From Clostridia bacterium (GTDB lineage: Bacteria > Bacillota > Clostridia > Oscillospirales > CAG-272), in the NCBI GenBank assembly GCA_017504405.1, contig JAFVRG010000015.1, forward strand, positions 5,750 to 69,749: 64,000 bases of DNA, written 5' to 3'. This document shows, in pieces, positions 49,674-59,875 of this stretch. Under the pieces are notes generated by a model. That model saw only the letters and a list, made by a program, of their open reading frames with translations. It did no database searches and had not been told where the DNA came from. A program made the position numbers and the translations under genes. How positions within the stretch are numbered: position 1 is the first letter of the stretch; each line of letters begins with the position of its first letter.

Positions 49674-50273
49674 TCAGCCTATCTCCCTCAGCTTTACGTA
49701 AATTTCTTCTACACTTTTGTTCAGCGCAAAAATATCTTTACCGTTATTTATCACAAAGTCCGCATTTTCATAGTAAAAGGCATCGTCAACCTGTGCTGCA
49801 ATACGACGCTCTGCCGCCTCTTCGGTTATCCCGTCACGCAAAACTATTCGTGCTATACGTGTGTCAATGGGCGCAACGACGGCTATGACAACGTCACATT
49901 CACGGTTAAAGCCGGATTCAAACAAAAGCGGCGCATCTATTAGTATCATTTCATCTCCACGCATACGTGCGTTACTAATAGAATCACTGCATACGTTAAG
50001 AATATGCTTGTGCGTTATTGAATTGAGAGTGCAAAGGGCATCCTTATCCGAAAAAACAATCTCTGCAAGCGCCTGGCGATTGAGCGAGCCGTCTGTATTG
50101 AGTACGCCCGTACCGAAATGCTCTGTGATTTCGTCAAGGCAATCGCTCTTCTGCTCAGTCAGGCTCCTGTAAACGGCATCGGTATCAACAGATGTCACGC
50201 CAAAACGGGCAAAAAGACGGCAAACCTCACCCTTGCCGCTTCCGCTGCCTCCGCATAAACCGATAACCTTCAA
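49674..50273 (-). CDS. coaE: dephospho-CoA kinase
   Basis: KVIGLCGGSGSGKG P-loop. TTG 50273 lies 6 nt after GGGGGAG; the track ORF is over-extended. Confidence 0.85.
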   Translation of the reverse strand: MKVIGLCGGSGSGKGEVCRLFARFGVTSVDTDAVYRSLTEQKSDCLDEITEHFGTGVLNTDGSLNRQALAEIVFSDKDALCTLNSITHKHILNVCSDSISNARMRGDEMILIDAPLLFESGFNRECDVVIAVVAPIDTRIARIVLRDGITEEAAERRIAAQVDDAFYYENADFVINNGKDIFALNKSVEEIYVKLREIG

Positions 50274-50428
50274 GGAACACTCCCCCTTTAAAATCGCATA
50301 CAAATATATTATACTATATAAAAATATTATTGTCAATAATTCGTTTTTAAGTTAAATTTTTTCACATCACTGTCACCTGCGCTTTTTATCGGCATAGTAT
50401 GAAAATAGAATATTTTTAGGAGTACAGT

Positions 50429-51508
50429 ATGCAACAAACACGAAAAAAGGAATATTTCGTTGCCTCTAACAGCCATGACGGCTTTTGCTCATATTACGAG
50501 GAGGTATTTAAATCTACCGAATACGACAGACTGTTTATAATCAAGGGAGGCTCAGGCACAGGTAAAAGCTATCTTATGAAATACCTCTGCCGAAAATGCG
50601 AGGCAATCGGCGCAGATATAGAATACATATACTGCTCCTCCGACCCAACCTCACTCGACGGCGCAATAATAGTGAAAAACGGAATAAGAATAGGCATCAT
50701 TGACGGAACTGCTCCCCACACCAGATGCACGGAATATCCCGGAGTTATTGACGAGCTGATAAACCTCGGTGTATTCTGGAATAGCGAAGAGCTTAAAGCA
50801 AGCAAGAAAAGCATAGTCGCTTTGATAAATGAAAAAAGACAATGCTTTACACGGGCGTACGACTTCCTCGGAATATGCAAATCTCTCTATGCAACACATT
50901 TAAAAATACTTACGCCGATAATAGATAGCAGTAAAATAGCGGAGCAAATTTCAAGGATGATTGGCAAGACAAAGCCCGAGCAAAATCCGACGGAAACAAC
51001 ACGTCTTATAAGCGGCAGAAGTATGTTCGGTGCATACCGTTTCAGGACGGTTGAGAACATATCGAAAAAAACAGTTATAGTCAGCAACGATTTTAGTTCT
51101 GCCACAATTTATCTCTCAAAACTTGCAGATTATCTGAGAGATAAAAGACAGTCATTTCTGCGTATTGCCTCGCCGGATTCTCCTAAAATATGTGAGGGAA
51201 TATACATCCCCGCTATGGACACGTGCTATATGTGCGAGGATAGGAGAATTGTCAACTGCGACAGCTTCAAGAAAATAAATATGAGGCGTTTTTTACATCA
51301 GGATTTACTATCAAAATCAAGGCGTGAACTTAGAATGATTGAGGCTGATATACGACGCTTTGAGAACGAGGCGCAGGAGTGCTTGAAGGCGGCGGGTCGA
51401 ATGCACTTCGAGCTCGAAAGCATATATTCTCATGCAATGGATTTTACGGCAAAGGAAAAATACAGCGAGCATATTGCTAAAAGAATTATTACCTACTTAG
51501 GCAATTGA
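50429..51508 (+). CDS. P-loop NTPase of unknown function
   Basis: 359 aa; Walker A GGSGTGKS; SD AGGAG 6 nt upstream. Resembles conserved Firmicute ATPases of unknown role (from memory). Confidence 0.5.
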   Translation: MQQTRKKEYFVASNSHDGFCSYYEEVFKSTEYDRLFIIKGGSGTGKSYLMKYLCRKCEAIGADIEYIYCSSDPTSLDGAIIVKNGIRIGIIDGTAPHTRCTEYPGVIDELINLGVFWNSEELKASKKSIVALINEKRQCFTRAYDFLGICKSLYATHLKILTPIIDSSKIAEQISRMIGKTKPEQNPTETTRLISGRSMFGAYRFRTVENISKKTVIVSNDFSSATIYLSKLADYLRDKRQSFLRIASPDSPKICEGIYIPAMDTCYMCEDRRIVNCDSFKKINMRRFLHQDLLSKSRRELRMIEADIRRFENEAQECLKAAGRMHFELESIYSHAMDFTAKEKYSEHIAKRIITYLGN

Positions 51509-51537
51509 CATACAACAGTATTTATGTTAAAATAAAA

Positions 51538-51566
51538 GGGAAAATGACGGCAATCCGTCATTTTCC
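51538..51566. terminator. bidirectional terminator between convergent genes
   Basis: GGGAAAATGACGG-CAAT-CCGTCATTTTCC. Confidence 0.65.
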
Positions 51567-51579
51567 TTAAATCTTAAAA

Positions 51580-52785
51580 TTAAAGCTTTGATACTATTTC
51601 CGCTGTATCATTCGCAATAACCAGCTCTTCGTTTGTGGGGATAAGGTATACCTTAACCTTCGACGAGGGCTTGGACAGGCAGGTCGTGGAAATGGGCCTC
51701 GGAACGTTTGCGTTTACGTCAAGGTCGAGCTCAACTCCGAGGAATTCAAGTCCCTCGAGCGCACCTGCACGAATTTCAGGTGTGTTCTCGCCGATACCTG
51801 CGGTGAATACGATAGCATCAACACCGCCCATTGCAGCCGCATACGAGCCTATATACTTCTTTATCTGATAGCAAAGTGCATCAATCGTGCTCTTGGCTCT
51901 CTCGTTGCCCTCCTCAATTGCCTTGAACACGTCACGGCAGTCAGAGGAAATACCGGATACACCGAGAAATCCCGACTTCTTGTTAAGAACTGCGTTAACC
52001 TCTGCGGCGCTCATATTCTCCTTTTCCATAAGGAAGGTAACTATTGCAGGGTCGATAGCTCCGCATCTCGTTCCCATCATAAGTCCGTCAAGGGGAGTAA
52101 AGCCCATCGTGGTATCAAGAACCTTTCCGCCCTTTACTGCGGATATGGACGAGCCGTTTCCGAGGTGGCAGGTGATTATTCTGCTCTCCTCTGCGGGAAT
52201 GTCAAGCAGCTTTATCATCTCACCGCTGACGTATCTGTGTGATGTTCCGTGGAAGCCGTAACGGCGTATGCCGTACTTCTCGTAATACTCGTAAGGAATA
52301 GCGTAGAGATACGCCTCCTTCGGCATTGTCTGGTGGAATGCCGTATCGAATACGAGCACCTGAGGAACTCCGGGCATTGCGGCTACACAGCCCTTAATTC
52401 CCATAATTGCAGGAGGAGTGTGCAGGGGAGCCAGGTCGATGCACATTTCGAGCTTCTCCATAACATCATCGTTAGCGAGCACAGAGCCAGAGAAGTACGA
52501 ACCTCCGTGAACAACACGGTGTCCGACAGCCTGAATTTCGCTCATAGAGGAAATACAGCCGATTTTATCATCTGTCAGTGCCTTTATTACGTTTTTGACC
52601 GCATCCTCATGGTTTTTCATTTCGGTATCGAGAACGTAATCCTCTTTACCGGGAACCTTATGAGTGAGTCTGCCGTCGATACCTATTCTCTCACAGTTAC
52701 CCTTCGCCTTCACAACGCCGCTATCAGTGTCAAAAAGCTGATATTTGAGCGAGCTGCTTCCGGCATTTACAACAAGTACATTCAT
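51580..52785 (-). CDS. ackA: acetate kinase
   Basis: MNVLVVNAGSSSLKYQLF start; SD AAGGAG upstream of ATG 52785. Confidence 0.95.
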   Translation of the reverse strand: MNVLVVNAGSSSLKYQLFDTDSGVVKAKGNCERIGIDGRLTHKVPGKEDYVLDTEMKNHEDAVKNVIKALTDDKIGCISSMSEIQAVGHRVVHGGSYFSGSVLANDDVMEKLEMCIDLAPLHTPPAIMGIKGCVAAMPGVPQVLVFDTAFHQTMPKEAYLYAIPYEYYEKYGIRRYGFHGTSHRYVSGEMIKLLDIPAEESRIITCHLGNGSSISAVKGGKVLDTTMGFTPLDGLMMGTRCGAIDPAIVTFLMEKENMSAAEVNAVLNKKSGFLGVSGISSDCRDVFKAIEEGNERAKSTIDALCYQIKKYIGSYAAAMGGVDAIVFTAGIGENTPEIRAGALEGLEFLGVELDLDVNANVPRPISTTCLSKPSSKVKVYLIPTNEELVIANDTAEIVSKL

Positions 52786-52882
52786 TTTATAACTCCTTTT
52801 TGAATTTATTACCCTTATATTATACACCCATCAAAAGAAAAAAACAAGAGAAAAAAGCATCTTTTTGCAAGAAAGGATAAAA

Positions 52883-54097
52883 ATGGCTAACGTAGGAATA
52901 ATATGCGAATACAATCCCTTTCACAACGGACACAAATACCAGATAGATGAGATAAAAAAACTGTTCGGGGAAGAAACCGTAATTGTCTGTGTCATGAGCG
53001 GCAGCTATACTCAGCGAGGCGACGTTTCGGTTCTCAACAAATACGAGCGAGCAAGAATTGCTGTTGAATGCGGTGCATCGCTCGTGCTTGAGCTCCCCTT
53101 TCCCTATTCTGCCTCATCTGCCGAATTTTTCGCAGAGGCAGGCGTAGAAATACTCGAAAGGCTCGGCTGCGTTGACTATTTGTGCTTTGGAAGTGAATGC
53201 GGAGATGTTGAAATCATAAAGCGCTATGCGCAAATTATGCTCAGCGAGGACTTTAAAAATGCGTTTATCGCCGAAAAGGAGAAAAAAGAGAACAAAAAGC
53301 TCGGATATGCGCAGATTTTGGAAAAAACCGCAAAAATTCTGTTTACAAATGAAAAAGATTTTGATATAATAAAAGGAGCGAATAATATTTTAGGCATAGA
53401 GTATGTGAAAGCTCTTATCAGACGAAGTTCAAAAATTCAGCCTATCACCGTCAGGCGTGAGGGTGCATCTCACACCGACGCAACTACCCTCTCCGCAATG
53501 GCAAGCGCATCTGCGATACGGCAGATGATATACGGAAGCAGGCTTGACTTAATCGAATCCGCCATGCCATCCGAGTCGCTTTCTGCTATTCAAAATGCTG
53601 AAAAAATCGGCGAAATCCACGGCATTGACGAGCTATCCGATGTAATTCTCGCTCATTTCAGGCTAAACGCCGACAACTCATTCACACCCGCAGAATGTGC
53701 TGACGGAGTTTATGAAAGGCTTTTGAGCGCGGCTGAGGCGAGCCAAAGTCTTGCAGAAATGCTTGATGCTTTAACTACGAAGAAATACACTAATGCAAAG
53801 TTCAGACGTGCCATTCTCTTTTCCCTTTTGAAGGTTAGTGACGATGATATGAGGGCTATGCCTGAATACACCGCATTGCTGGCAGCAGATAAGCGTGGCA
53901 CCGAGCTTTTATCAAAAATACGCAAGAATAAGAGGATAAATATACTCACAAAGCCTGCGGATTATACCGCCTTGCCGGAAAACGCAAGAGCGCAGGCAAC
54001 CCTCAATAACCGTGCAGATTCGATATATTCTCTCTCATGTAGAAAAAAAGGCACAGGATATGACCTTTTACGCATGAGTCCGTATATAAAAAAATAA
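52883..54097 (+). CDS. tmcAL: tRNA(Met) cytidine acetate ligase (YlbM/TmcAL family nucleotidyltransferase)
   Basis: GIICEYNPFHNGH motif; about 400 aa. Confidence 0.8.
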   Translation: MANVGIICEYNPFHNGHKYQIDEIKKLFGEETVIVCVMSGSYTQRGDVSVLNKYERARIAVECGASLVLELPFPYSASSAEFFAEAGVEILERLGCVDYLCFGSECGDVEIIKRYAQIMLSEDFKNAFIAEKEKKENKKLGYAQILEKTAKILFTNEKDFDIIKGANNILGIEYVKALIRRSSKIQPITVRREGASHTDATTLSAMASASAIRQMIYGSRLDLIESAMPSESLSAIQNAEKIGEIHGIDELSDVILAHFRLNADNSFTPAECADGVYERLLSAAEASQSLAEMLDALTTKKYTNAKFRRAILFSLLKVSDDDMRAMPEYTALLAADKRGTELLSKIRKNKRINILTKPADYTALPENARAQATLNNRADSIYSLSCRKKGTGYDLLRMSPYIKK

Positions 54098-54141
54098 AGA
54101 AAAAAGGCGACAGTTTAATAATTCGAAGATTGTCGAAGCCC

Positions 54142-54170
54142 TTGACCTCGGGGATTTGATATGCTATTAT
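54142..54170 (+). promoter_or_regulatory. sigma-A type promoter
   Basis: TTGACC, 17-nt spacer, TATTAT, about 30 nt upstream of ATG 54201. Confidence 0.45.
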
Positions 54171-54200
54171 TAGATTGCCATACAAGGAAGGAGTCATAAA

Positions 54201-54494
54201 ATGATAACCGCAAACGGAATTAAGGGCAAGTTCGTTACATACAAGGGACTTCCCCTCGTCCGACAGGACAACGAGATTTACTACGGTGATTTATCAGACA
54301 AGCACTACCTTTTTATGATGATAATGGGAAGTGTAAAGAGCGAAAAATTCGGAATAGAGATTCCAAACAAGGTGATGATACAGGTTCTCACGCAGGACGG
54401 ACGCCCTGTTGCAGGAATGCAGAAGGTTGTATCCTCGCTTTCAGAGGCATTCGAGTACGGTTGCCCCTGGCTTGAAAGAGCAAACAGAGAGTAA
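54201..54494 (+). CDS. hypothetical small protein
   Basis: 97-aa ORF with a strong SD (AAGGAAGGAG). No family recognised. Confidence 0.45.
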   Translation: MITANGIKGKFVTYKGLPLVRQDNEIYYGDLSDKHYLFMMIMGSVKSEKFGIEIPNKVMIQVLTQDGRPVAGMQKVVSSLSEAFEYGCPWLERANRE

Positions 54495-54533
54495 AAAATA
54501 AATTGCAGGGCTTTGCCCGGGAGGTATGCAGTT

Positions 54534-55568
54534 TTGAAAAGAAGGCTATCAGGCTTATTTGCCATACTTATCTCTACTATTTTGTCACTTTCACTAACAA
54601 CAGGCTGCGCACGGCAGTCGCTGGCTCAAAATCAAGAGGAGCCGCCGTCAGCCCCAACGGTAAATACACCCGTTGATAATACAATTAAATATTATAATTA
54701 TCTTACAGGGTTGGAGACGTCAGAGAGTTGCTACGTGCTCCGCCCTGTTTCCTTTTGTGTGGAAAACCAAAGCGGCTCTGTGCGAGGTATATCCTCAGCT
54801 CAAATGGTAATAGAAGCGCCCTGCGACAATTTTAAAACGAAATTCTGCATTTTGGGCACTGAATATGATATATTTGATAGTGTTGGCACAATAACTCATA
54901 TGCCCTCTTATCTTTCGGGCTTTGTCAGTGCATTTAACGCTATACAAATTTACAACGGCACCGACTCGGTAGAGGCATTTAACTCCTTCAATGCTACAAG
55001 CGGTGAGGCAAGTGTTTTCTTCCGGGAATCAGAAACAGGACAAAATCTCTTAATGGCGTCTGGCAAGAATGTGTCTGCCGCCGCAAAATCCAGCGGTTAT
55101 CAAATTATGCAGAGTGCCACCTTTATCCCTCCTTTTTCTTTTTCGGATAGCTCCTCGACGGCAAACGGAGCGGCGGCAAATTACTTAACACTACCCTACT
55201 ATGACTCTCTCACCGTATCGTTTACCTACAATTCGCAAACGGGAAAATACGTGCGCTCGGAAAATGGCACGGTTTACAAGGATGCAGACGGACAGAATCT
55301 GTCTTATTCCAATGTTTTTGTGTTATTTGCCGATACAACCACCACGTCAACCCATCAGGGAACGACGGTAAAGCTTGACACCGCAAGCGGCGGTGACGGA
55401 TATTTCGCCTCAGGCGGCAGATATACAAGCATATCGTGGTCACGTGACCAAAACGGAAATCTTGTTGTAACGGACAGTAGCGGCAACTCGGCAATCGCCT
55501 CAAGGGGCGCTGCCTATATCGGCATTTTACCCGTAGGAAACGCAAGCAAAATGATTATCGGCAATTGA
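54534..55568 (+). CDS. lipoprotein, DUF3048 (YerB)-like
   Basis: TTG 54534 lies 8 nt after GGAGG and gives MKRRLSGLFAILISTILSLSLTTGC (lipobox). Downstream RPVSFCVENQS...MVIEAP resembles DUF3048. Confidence 0.5.
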   Translation: MKRRLSGLFAILISTILSLSLTTGCARQSLAQNQEEPPSAPTVNTPVDNTIKYYNYLTGLETSESCYVLRPVSFCVENQSGSVRGISSAQMVIEAPCDNFKTKFCILGTEYDIFDSVGTITHMPSYLSGFVSAFNAIQIYNGTDSVEAFNSFNATSGEASVFFRESETGQNLLMASGKNVSAAAKSSGYQIMQSATFIPPFSFSDSSSTANGAAANYLTLPYYDSLTVSFTYNSQTGKYVRSENGTVYKDADGQNLSYSNVFVLFADTTTTSTHQGTTVKLDTASGGDGYFASGGRYTSISWSRDQNGNLVVTDSSGNSAIASRGAAYIGILPVGNASKMIIGN

Positions 55569-55576
55569 CCGAAAAC

Positions 55577-55608
55577 AAAAAACGGCTGAAAATCAGCCGT
55601 TTTTTTAT
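55577..55608. terminator. bidirectional terminator between convergent genes
   Basis: AAAAAACGGCTGA-AAA-TCAGCCGTTTTTTT. Confidence 0.65.
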
Positions 55609-55617
55609 TTACTAATA

Positions 55618-56040
55618 TTAATCGTCGCAATCGCAGGAAATTTTCTCGCCGCAAGCGGGGCAAGCAAAATCGTCTACGTCTATCGACTCGTCAAAGCAAA
55701 CGGTTTCTCCGCAGCTGGGACAAACAACCTCGTATATATCGTCGCAGTCGCAATCGAGATCGCAATCGGTGCAGTTGCCGTCGCACTCGCACTCATCGTC
55801 CTCACATTCGCATCCGCATTCCTCGCAGAGATATTCCTCTACGTCGCCGAGGTCCTCGTCAATCTCCTCGATATAATCTCTCAGGGTCTGATTCTCCTCT
55901 TCAAGAGCCTTTATAGCATCTGCCATATCGGAAACAATATTGATAAGCTCGCCAATAAGCTTTCCCTCAGGCTTTGCCGTGTCAAGATTGAGCCCCTCGG
56001 AAAGTCCCTTCAAGTATGCCGCATTTTCAGTAATCGTCAT
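55618..56040 (-). CDS. acidic Cys-rich zinc-ribbon protein
   Basis: 140 aa; helical N-terminus, CEECGCECEDDECECDGNCTDCDLDCDCDD block, then CPSCG...CPACG ribbon; SD AAGGGGGA. Confidence 0.6.
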   Translation of the reverse strand: MTITENAAYLKGLSEGLNLDTAKPEGKLIGELINIVSDMADAIKALEEENQTLRDYIEEIDEDLGDVEEYLCEECGCECEDDECECDGNCTDCDLDCDCDDIYEVVCPSCGETVCFDESIDVDDFACPACGEKISCDCDD

Positions 56041-56076
56041 AGTATTATCCCCCTTAAAATTATTTGAGGTCGGGCG

Positions 56077-56634
56077 TTATGCACGCTCGAGATATTCACC
56101 TGTTCTTGTATCAATTCTTACAACGTCGCCCGTGTTGATGAATACAGGAACTCTGATGGTTGCTCCTGTTTCGAGAGTTGCGAGCTTCGTTACGTTAGTA
56201 GCTGTATCTCCTCTTACACCGGGCTCGGTATCGGAAATCTCGAGCTCAACGAACATAGGAGGCTCTACTGCGAAAACGTTACCCTTGTAGGAAACTATCT
56301 TACAAAGAGTGTTTTCCTTAACAAACTTAAAGTTATCGCCCAGTTTATCATCATTGAGAGGTATCTGGTCGTATGTTTCCATATCCATGAAGTAGTAGAG
56401 GTCGCCGTCGGAATAGAGATACTGCATCTCCTTACGCTCAACGTATGCGTTCTCAAACTTTTCGGTAGGGTTGAAGGTCTTCTCAATAACAGCGCCGGTA
56501 ATAACGTTCTTGATCTTAGTTCTTACGAAAGCAGCGCCCTTACCGGGTTTTACGTGCTGGAACTCTATGATCTGCATTACCTGACCGTCCATTTCGAAGG
56601 TCACTCCGTTTCTGAAATCTCCTGCTGTAACCAT
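56077..56634 (-). CDS. efp: elongation factor P
   Basis: [43 protein letters not shown]. Start moved to ATG 56634 (185 aa). Confidence 0.95.
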   Translation of the reverse strand: MVTAGDFRNGVTFEMDGQVMQIIEFQHVKPGKGAAFVRTKIKNVITGAVIEKTFNPTEKFENAYVERKEMQYLYSDGDLYYFMDMETYDQIPLNDDKLGDNFKFVKENTLCKIVSYKGNVFAVEPPMFVELEISDTEPGVRGDTATNVTKLATLETGATIRVPVFINTGDVVRIDTRTGEYLERA

Positions 56635-56741
56635 TTTACACCTAATATTCGGCGGTTTGTTGATATAGTTGAAAGAGTTTGTCCCATACAGCCGCCACTC
56701 CATGGCTCTCTCTGTTTGGCAAAATGCCGTCAATTGTATTT

Positions 56742-56770
56742 ATTTTACTACAAAAAACTTGTTTTTGCAA
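56742..56770 (-). promoter_or_regulatory. sigma-A type promoter of efp
   Basis: Minus strand: TTGCAA, 17-nt spacer, TAAAAT. Confidence 0.4.
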
Positions 56771-56805
56771 TAGTTATTTTAAAAAAATATTAAAAATAAG
56801 CACTT

Positions 56806-57876
56806 TTAGGTAAATAATTCTATGAGCTCCTTAGTTGAAGAGGCAAAATTGCGGCATCCGTTCTCTTCAACTGCAACCGTATCCTCTATGCGAACTCCCA
56901 TCTCACCCTGAATGTAAATTCCCGGCTCTACCGTCACAACATTGCCAGGAACAAGCAATTCACCCGCATAGCGCATAGAAAGCGCAGGGCTCTCGTGAAT
57001 GAACATACCGACACCGTGACCGAGAGAATGACCGAAGCACCCCTCGTAGCCTGCACCGTCAATAATGCTGCGTGCAATCGAATCGAGATAAGCGCAGTCT
57101 GCGCCTGCCCGTATAGCATCGAGTGCGGCGAGCTGGGCAGTCAAGGTTGTATAATACATATCCTTCATTTTATCGGTTGCTCTGCCAACCGACAGTGTTC
57201 TCGTCATATCCGAGCAGTATCCGTCGTACACAGCTCCGAAATCAAGGGTGAGAAATCCTTTTTTCAGTTTCTCGTTTCTGCATTTTCCGTGCGGAAGGGC
57301 GCTTGCATCGCCTGAAACGGCAATGGTTTCAAAGCTGATTCCCTCAGCGCCGTGAGAGCGCATATAAAATTCAAGCTCAAGCGCAACGTCAATTTCCGTC
57401 ATGTTCGGAGTAATAACGGATAGCAAATGGGCAAAAGAGGCATCGGCTATTCTCTGAGCTGATGCTATTTTTTCGAGCTCATCTGCGCTTTTTACAGAAC
57501 GGAGCTTTTCAATTTCATCACCGAGAGAAACAAGCGTTACGTCAGGGTAAAGATTCGTGAGTGAAAGATATTCCCCGTATGATATATCCTTTTCAAATCC
57601 TACGGTTTTTACACCGTGAGAGGAGAAAATCTCGTTAATGAACATCGAGCGCTTTTGCGGCATCACAACCGAAAAATCCTTGGACGCATTTTTTTCCGCC
57701 TCCTCGTAATAGCGGAAATCGGTTACGAGATAGGCGTTTTTCGGAAGAATAACGAGCACTCCGTCGCTGAATTTGAATTTTGCAAAATATCTCTGGTTAA
57801 TTTCACTGTGAACGAGCACCGCATCAATGCCGGTTTCATTCATATAATTCCTTAACTTTTCGATAGTTTTCATCAC
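56806..57876 (-). CDS. M24 family Xaa-Pro aminopeptidase/dipeptidase (YqhT-like)
   Basis: HSLGHGVGMFIHESP metal-ligand motif; pepP-efp synteny. Confidence 0.85.
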   Translation of the reverse strand: MMKTIEKLRNYMNETGIDAVLVHSEINQRYFAKFKFSDGVLVILPKNAYLVTDFRYYEEAEKNASKDFSVVMPQKRSMFINEIFSSHGVKTVGFEKDISYGEYLSLTNLYPDVTLVSLGDEIEKLRSVKSADELEKIASAQRIADASFAHLLSVITPNMTEIDVALELEFYMRSHGAEGISFETIAVSGDASALPHGKCRNEKLKKGFLTLDFGAVYDGYCSDMTRTLSVGRATDKMKDMYYTTLTAQLAALDAIRAGADCAYLDSIARSIIDGAGYEGCFGHSLGHGVGMFIHESPALSMRYAGELLVPGNVVTVEPGIYIQGEMGVRIEDTVAVEENGCRNFASSTKELIELFT

Positions 57877-58730
57877 TTTTCAAGCCCCAGAAAATATTTC
57901 TTCATAGCTAGCGCATCGTCAGCCTGAGTGCCCGCCGATTCGGATATGAGTGTGGGTGTAAGACTGTGCGTATAAAGGGCTTCCATCAACGGCTCAAACT
58001 GTGGACCGTAGGTCTGGTCCTCAAAGGTAAGATGACGCTTCTCACCCGAGCCCGTCCACTCGATTTTTGAGAAATGGCAATGAAGATTTTTTGCCTTTTC
58101 CTCATCGAGTTCACACGCAATTTTATCAAAAACACGCACATAATCATCGGCAGAACAAAAAACACCGCCCAGATCTCTTGCATTAAGATGACCGAAGTCA
58201 ACAACGGGCACAAGACGGGTTTTATCAATTTTGCAGAGCTCAATAACCTCGTCAAGAGTTCCGAGCTGATTGATTTTACCCATAGTTTCGAGTCCGATTT
58301 TTACCCCGTTATCAGGTATAGCCTCGAGCGTTCTCGCTATCGTATCAGATGCAAGATACATTGCTTCCTCTCGGGATATTTTTGCCGCACTGCCGCTGTG
58401 AACAACAATAGTTTTCGCACCCATGAGAGCGGCGGCGTTTAGGCTGTCACGAATGTAATCAATGCTTTTAAGACGCTTCTCTGCCTCAACGCCCGAAAGC
58501 GATATAAAATAGGGGGTATGGAAGCTCATACTGATGCCTGCATCAGCGGCGGCTCGTCCGATTGCGGAAAACAGCTCGGCTGAGCCTCTTATTCCGTTGC
58601 CTGCCTCAAATTCATACGCATCGAGTCCGAAATTTTTAACCCACAGGGGCGCATCCTTCGTGGATTTTCCGCCCTCTGCATAAAAACGTTCACTGTTTCC
58701 ACCAGGTCCGAACAATGGCCTCATCCGCAT
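57873..58730 (-). CDS. TIM-barrel protein, AP endonuclease family 2 / endonuclease IV-like
   Basis: 285 aa; xylose-isomerase-like TIM-barrel pattern (VVHSG, FGHLNA, HCHFS). Confidence 0.6.
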   Translation of the reverse strand: MRMRPLFGPGGNSERFYAEGGKSTKDAPLWVKNFGLDAYEFEAGNGIRGSAELFSAIGRAAADAGISMSFHTPYFISLSGVEAEKRLKSIDYIRDSLNAAALMGAKTIVVHSGSAAKISREEAMYLASDTIARTLEAIPDNGVKIGLETMGKINQLGTLDEVIELCKIDKTRLVPVVDFGHLNARDLGGVFCSADDYVRVFDKIACELDEEKAKNLHCHFSKIEWTGSGEKRHLTFEDQTYGPQFEPLMEALYTHSLTPTLISESAGTQADDALAMKKYFLGLEK

Positions 58731-59241
58731 TTCTTATATCCTCCCCTCTATCCTTGTAATATTTCCTGATTATAGGCTTTTCAAGCATACGCTTGCATTT
58801 GAAAAACAAATTTTTCTTATCGTTAATAGGCGGTACGAGATAGGTACGTATTTTCTGTCTTTTACCCGCCCATACATCTGTAAATACCTGGTCGCCGATT
58901 ATCGCAGTATTGGTGCTATCGGACTCCATAAGCTTCATTGCGGCACGCATATTCTTTCCAAGAGGCTTTTTGCTGTCGGCAAAGAAGGGGGTATCCAAGG
59001 TTTTACTGAAAAGTTCAACCCTTGGTCCGTGATTATTTGACACAAATACGGTTTTTATTCCTCTTTCGTGCAATGCTGAAAAGTATTCTCTGACTTTATC
59101 CGATGGCTCTGCCTCCTCGTATGGGGCAAGCGTATTGTCTATGTCAAAAATAACGGCGCAAATTCCGTCGTTTTCCAGAACCTCGGGACTTATTTGGTCA
59201 AAGGTTGTATATATTCTGTCAGGCGCAAAATATTTTCTCAT
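58690..59241 (-). CDS. yqeG: YqeG family HAD-IIIA phosphatase
   Basis: AVIFDIDNTLAPY HAD motif I; ATG 59241 lies 5 nt after TGGAG. Confidence 0.75.
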   Translation of the reverse strand: MRKYFAPDRIYTTFDQISPEVLENDGICAVIFDIDNTLAPYEEAEPSDKVREYFSALHERGIKTVFVSNNHGPRVELFSKTLDTPFFADSKKPLGKNMRAAMKLMESDSTNTAIIGDQVFTDVWAGKRQKIRTYLVPPINDKKNLFFKCKRMLEKPIIRKYYKDRGEDIRNADEAIVRTWWKQ

Positions 59242-59306
59242 TTTAACTCCAATGTGGCTTTTTCTTAATTTTACCACAAATTTAGTTTTTTTTCAATAGA
59301 TACAGT

Positions 59307-59330
59307 GAAAAAAGGGGCGCTTGCCCCTTT
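59307..59330 (-). terminator. rho-independent terminator after the cupin gene
   Basis: Minus strand: AAAGGGGC-AAGC-GCCCCTTTTTT. Confidence 0.6.
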
Positions 59331-59336
59331 ATGATT

Positions 59337-59750
59337 TCAGTTTTTATTCATTTGGTCTAAATTTTTCTCATGATGCGGCGGTGCATAGACGGAATATAGC
59401 TTCAACGGGCGGCGCCCGATATTGATAACGTTATGCCAGGTTTTTGCGGGTATGATTATTATTCCTCTGTTGTCTGCTCTGCCGATAGGCTGCATATTCC
59501 TGTCGCTCTCACCCGCTAAAACCGTTGCAAAGCCGTCTACAATCTGCAATATCTGGTCAATATCTCCGTGCATCTCAGCTCCGATATCACCGCCCACGGG
59601 AATACTCATAACGGTTACCTGCAAATTCTCTCCCGTCCAATAGGTTTTGCGAAAGCTCTCGTTATTCATAGCCACCCGTTCAATGTTTTCTACAACGGGC
59701 TCTGCGCCCTCATCTCTCCAATGAGTGTTTTTGCTGTTGAACATTTGCAT
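59337..59750 (-). CDS. cupin domain protein
   Basis: 137 aa; GGDIGAEMHGDIDQ...IIPAKTWHNV cupin motifs. Confidence 0.65.
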   Translation of the reverse strand: MQMFNSKNTHWRDEGAEPVVENIERVAMNNESFRKTYWTGENLQVTVMSIPVGGDIGAEMHGDIDQILQIVDGFATVLAGESDRNMQPIGRADNRGIIIIPAKTWHNVINIGRRPLKLYSVYAPPHHEKNLDQMNKN

Positions 59751-59875
59751 TTATGTAGCCCCTTTCGTTTCTGCTGTCAAAATCATTATATGTTCTAAGC
59801 AAAAAAGCCGTTACTTATTGACTTTATAGCAAAAAGGTGATAAAATCATTTAAAAATAACCTCGAGGTGTGTTTT

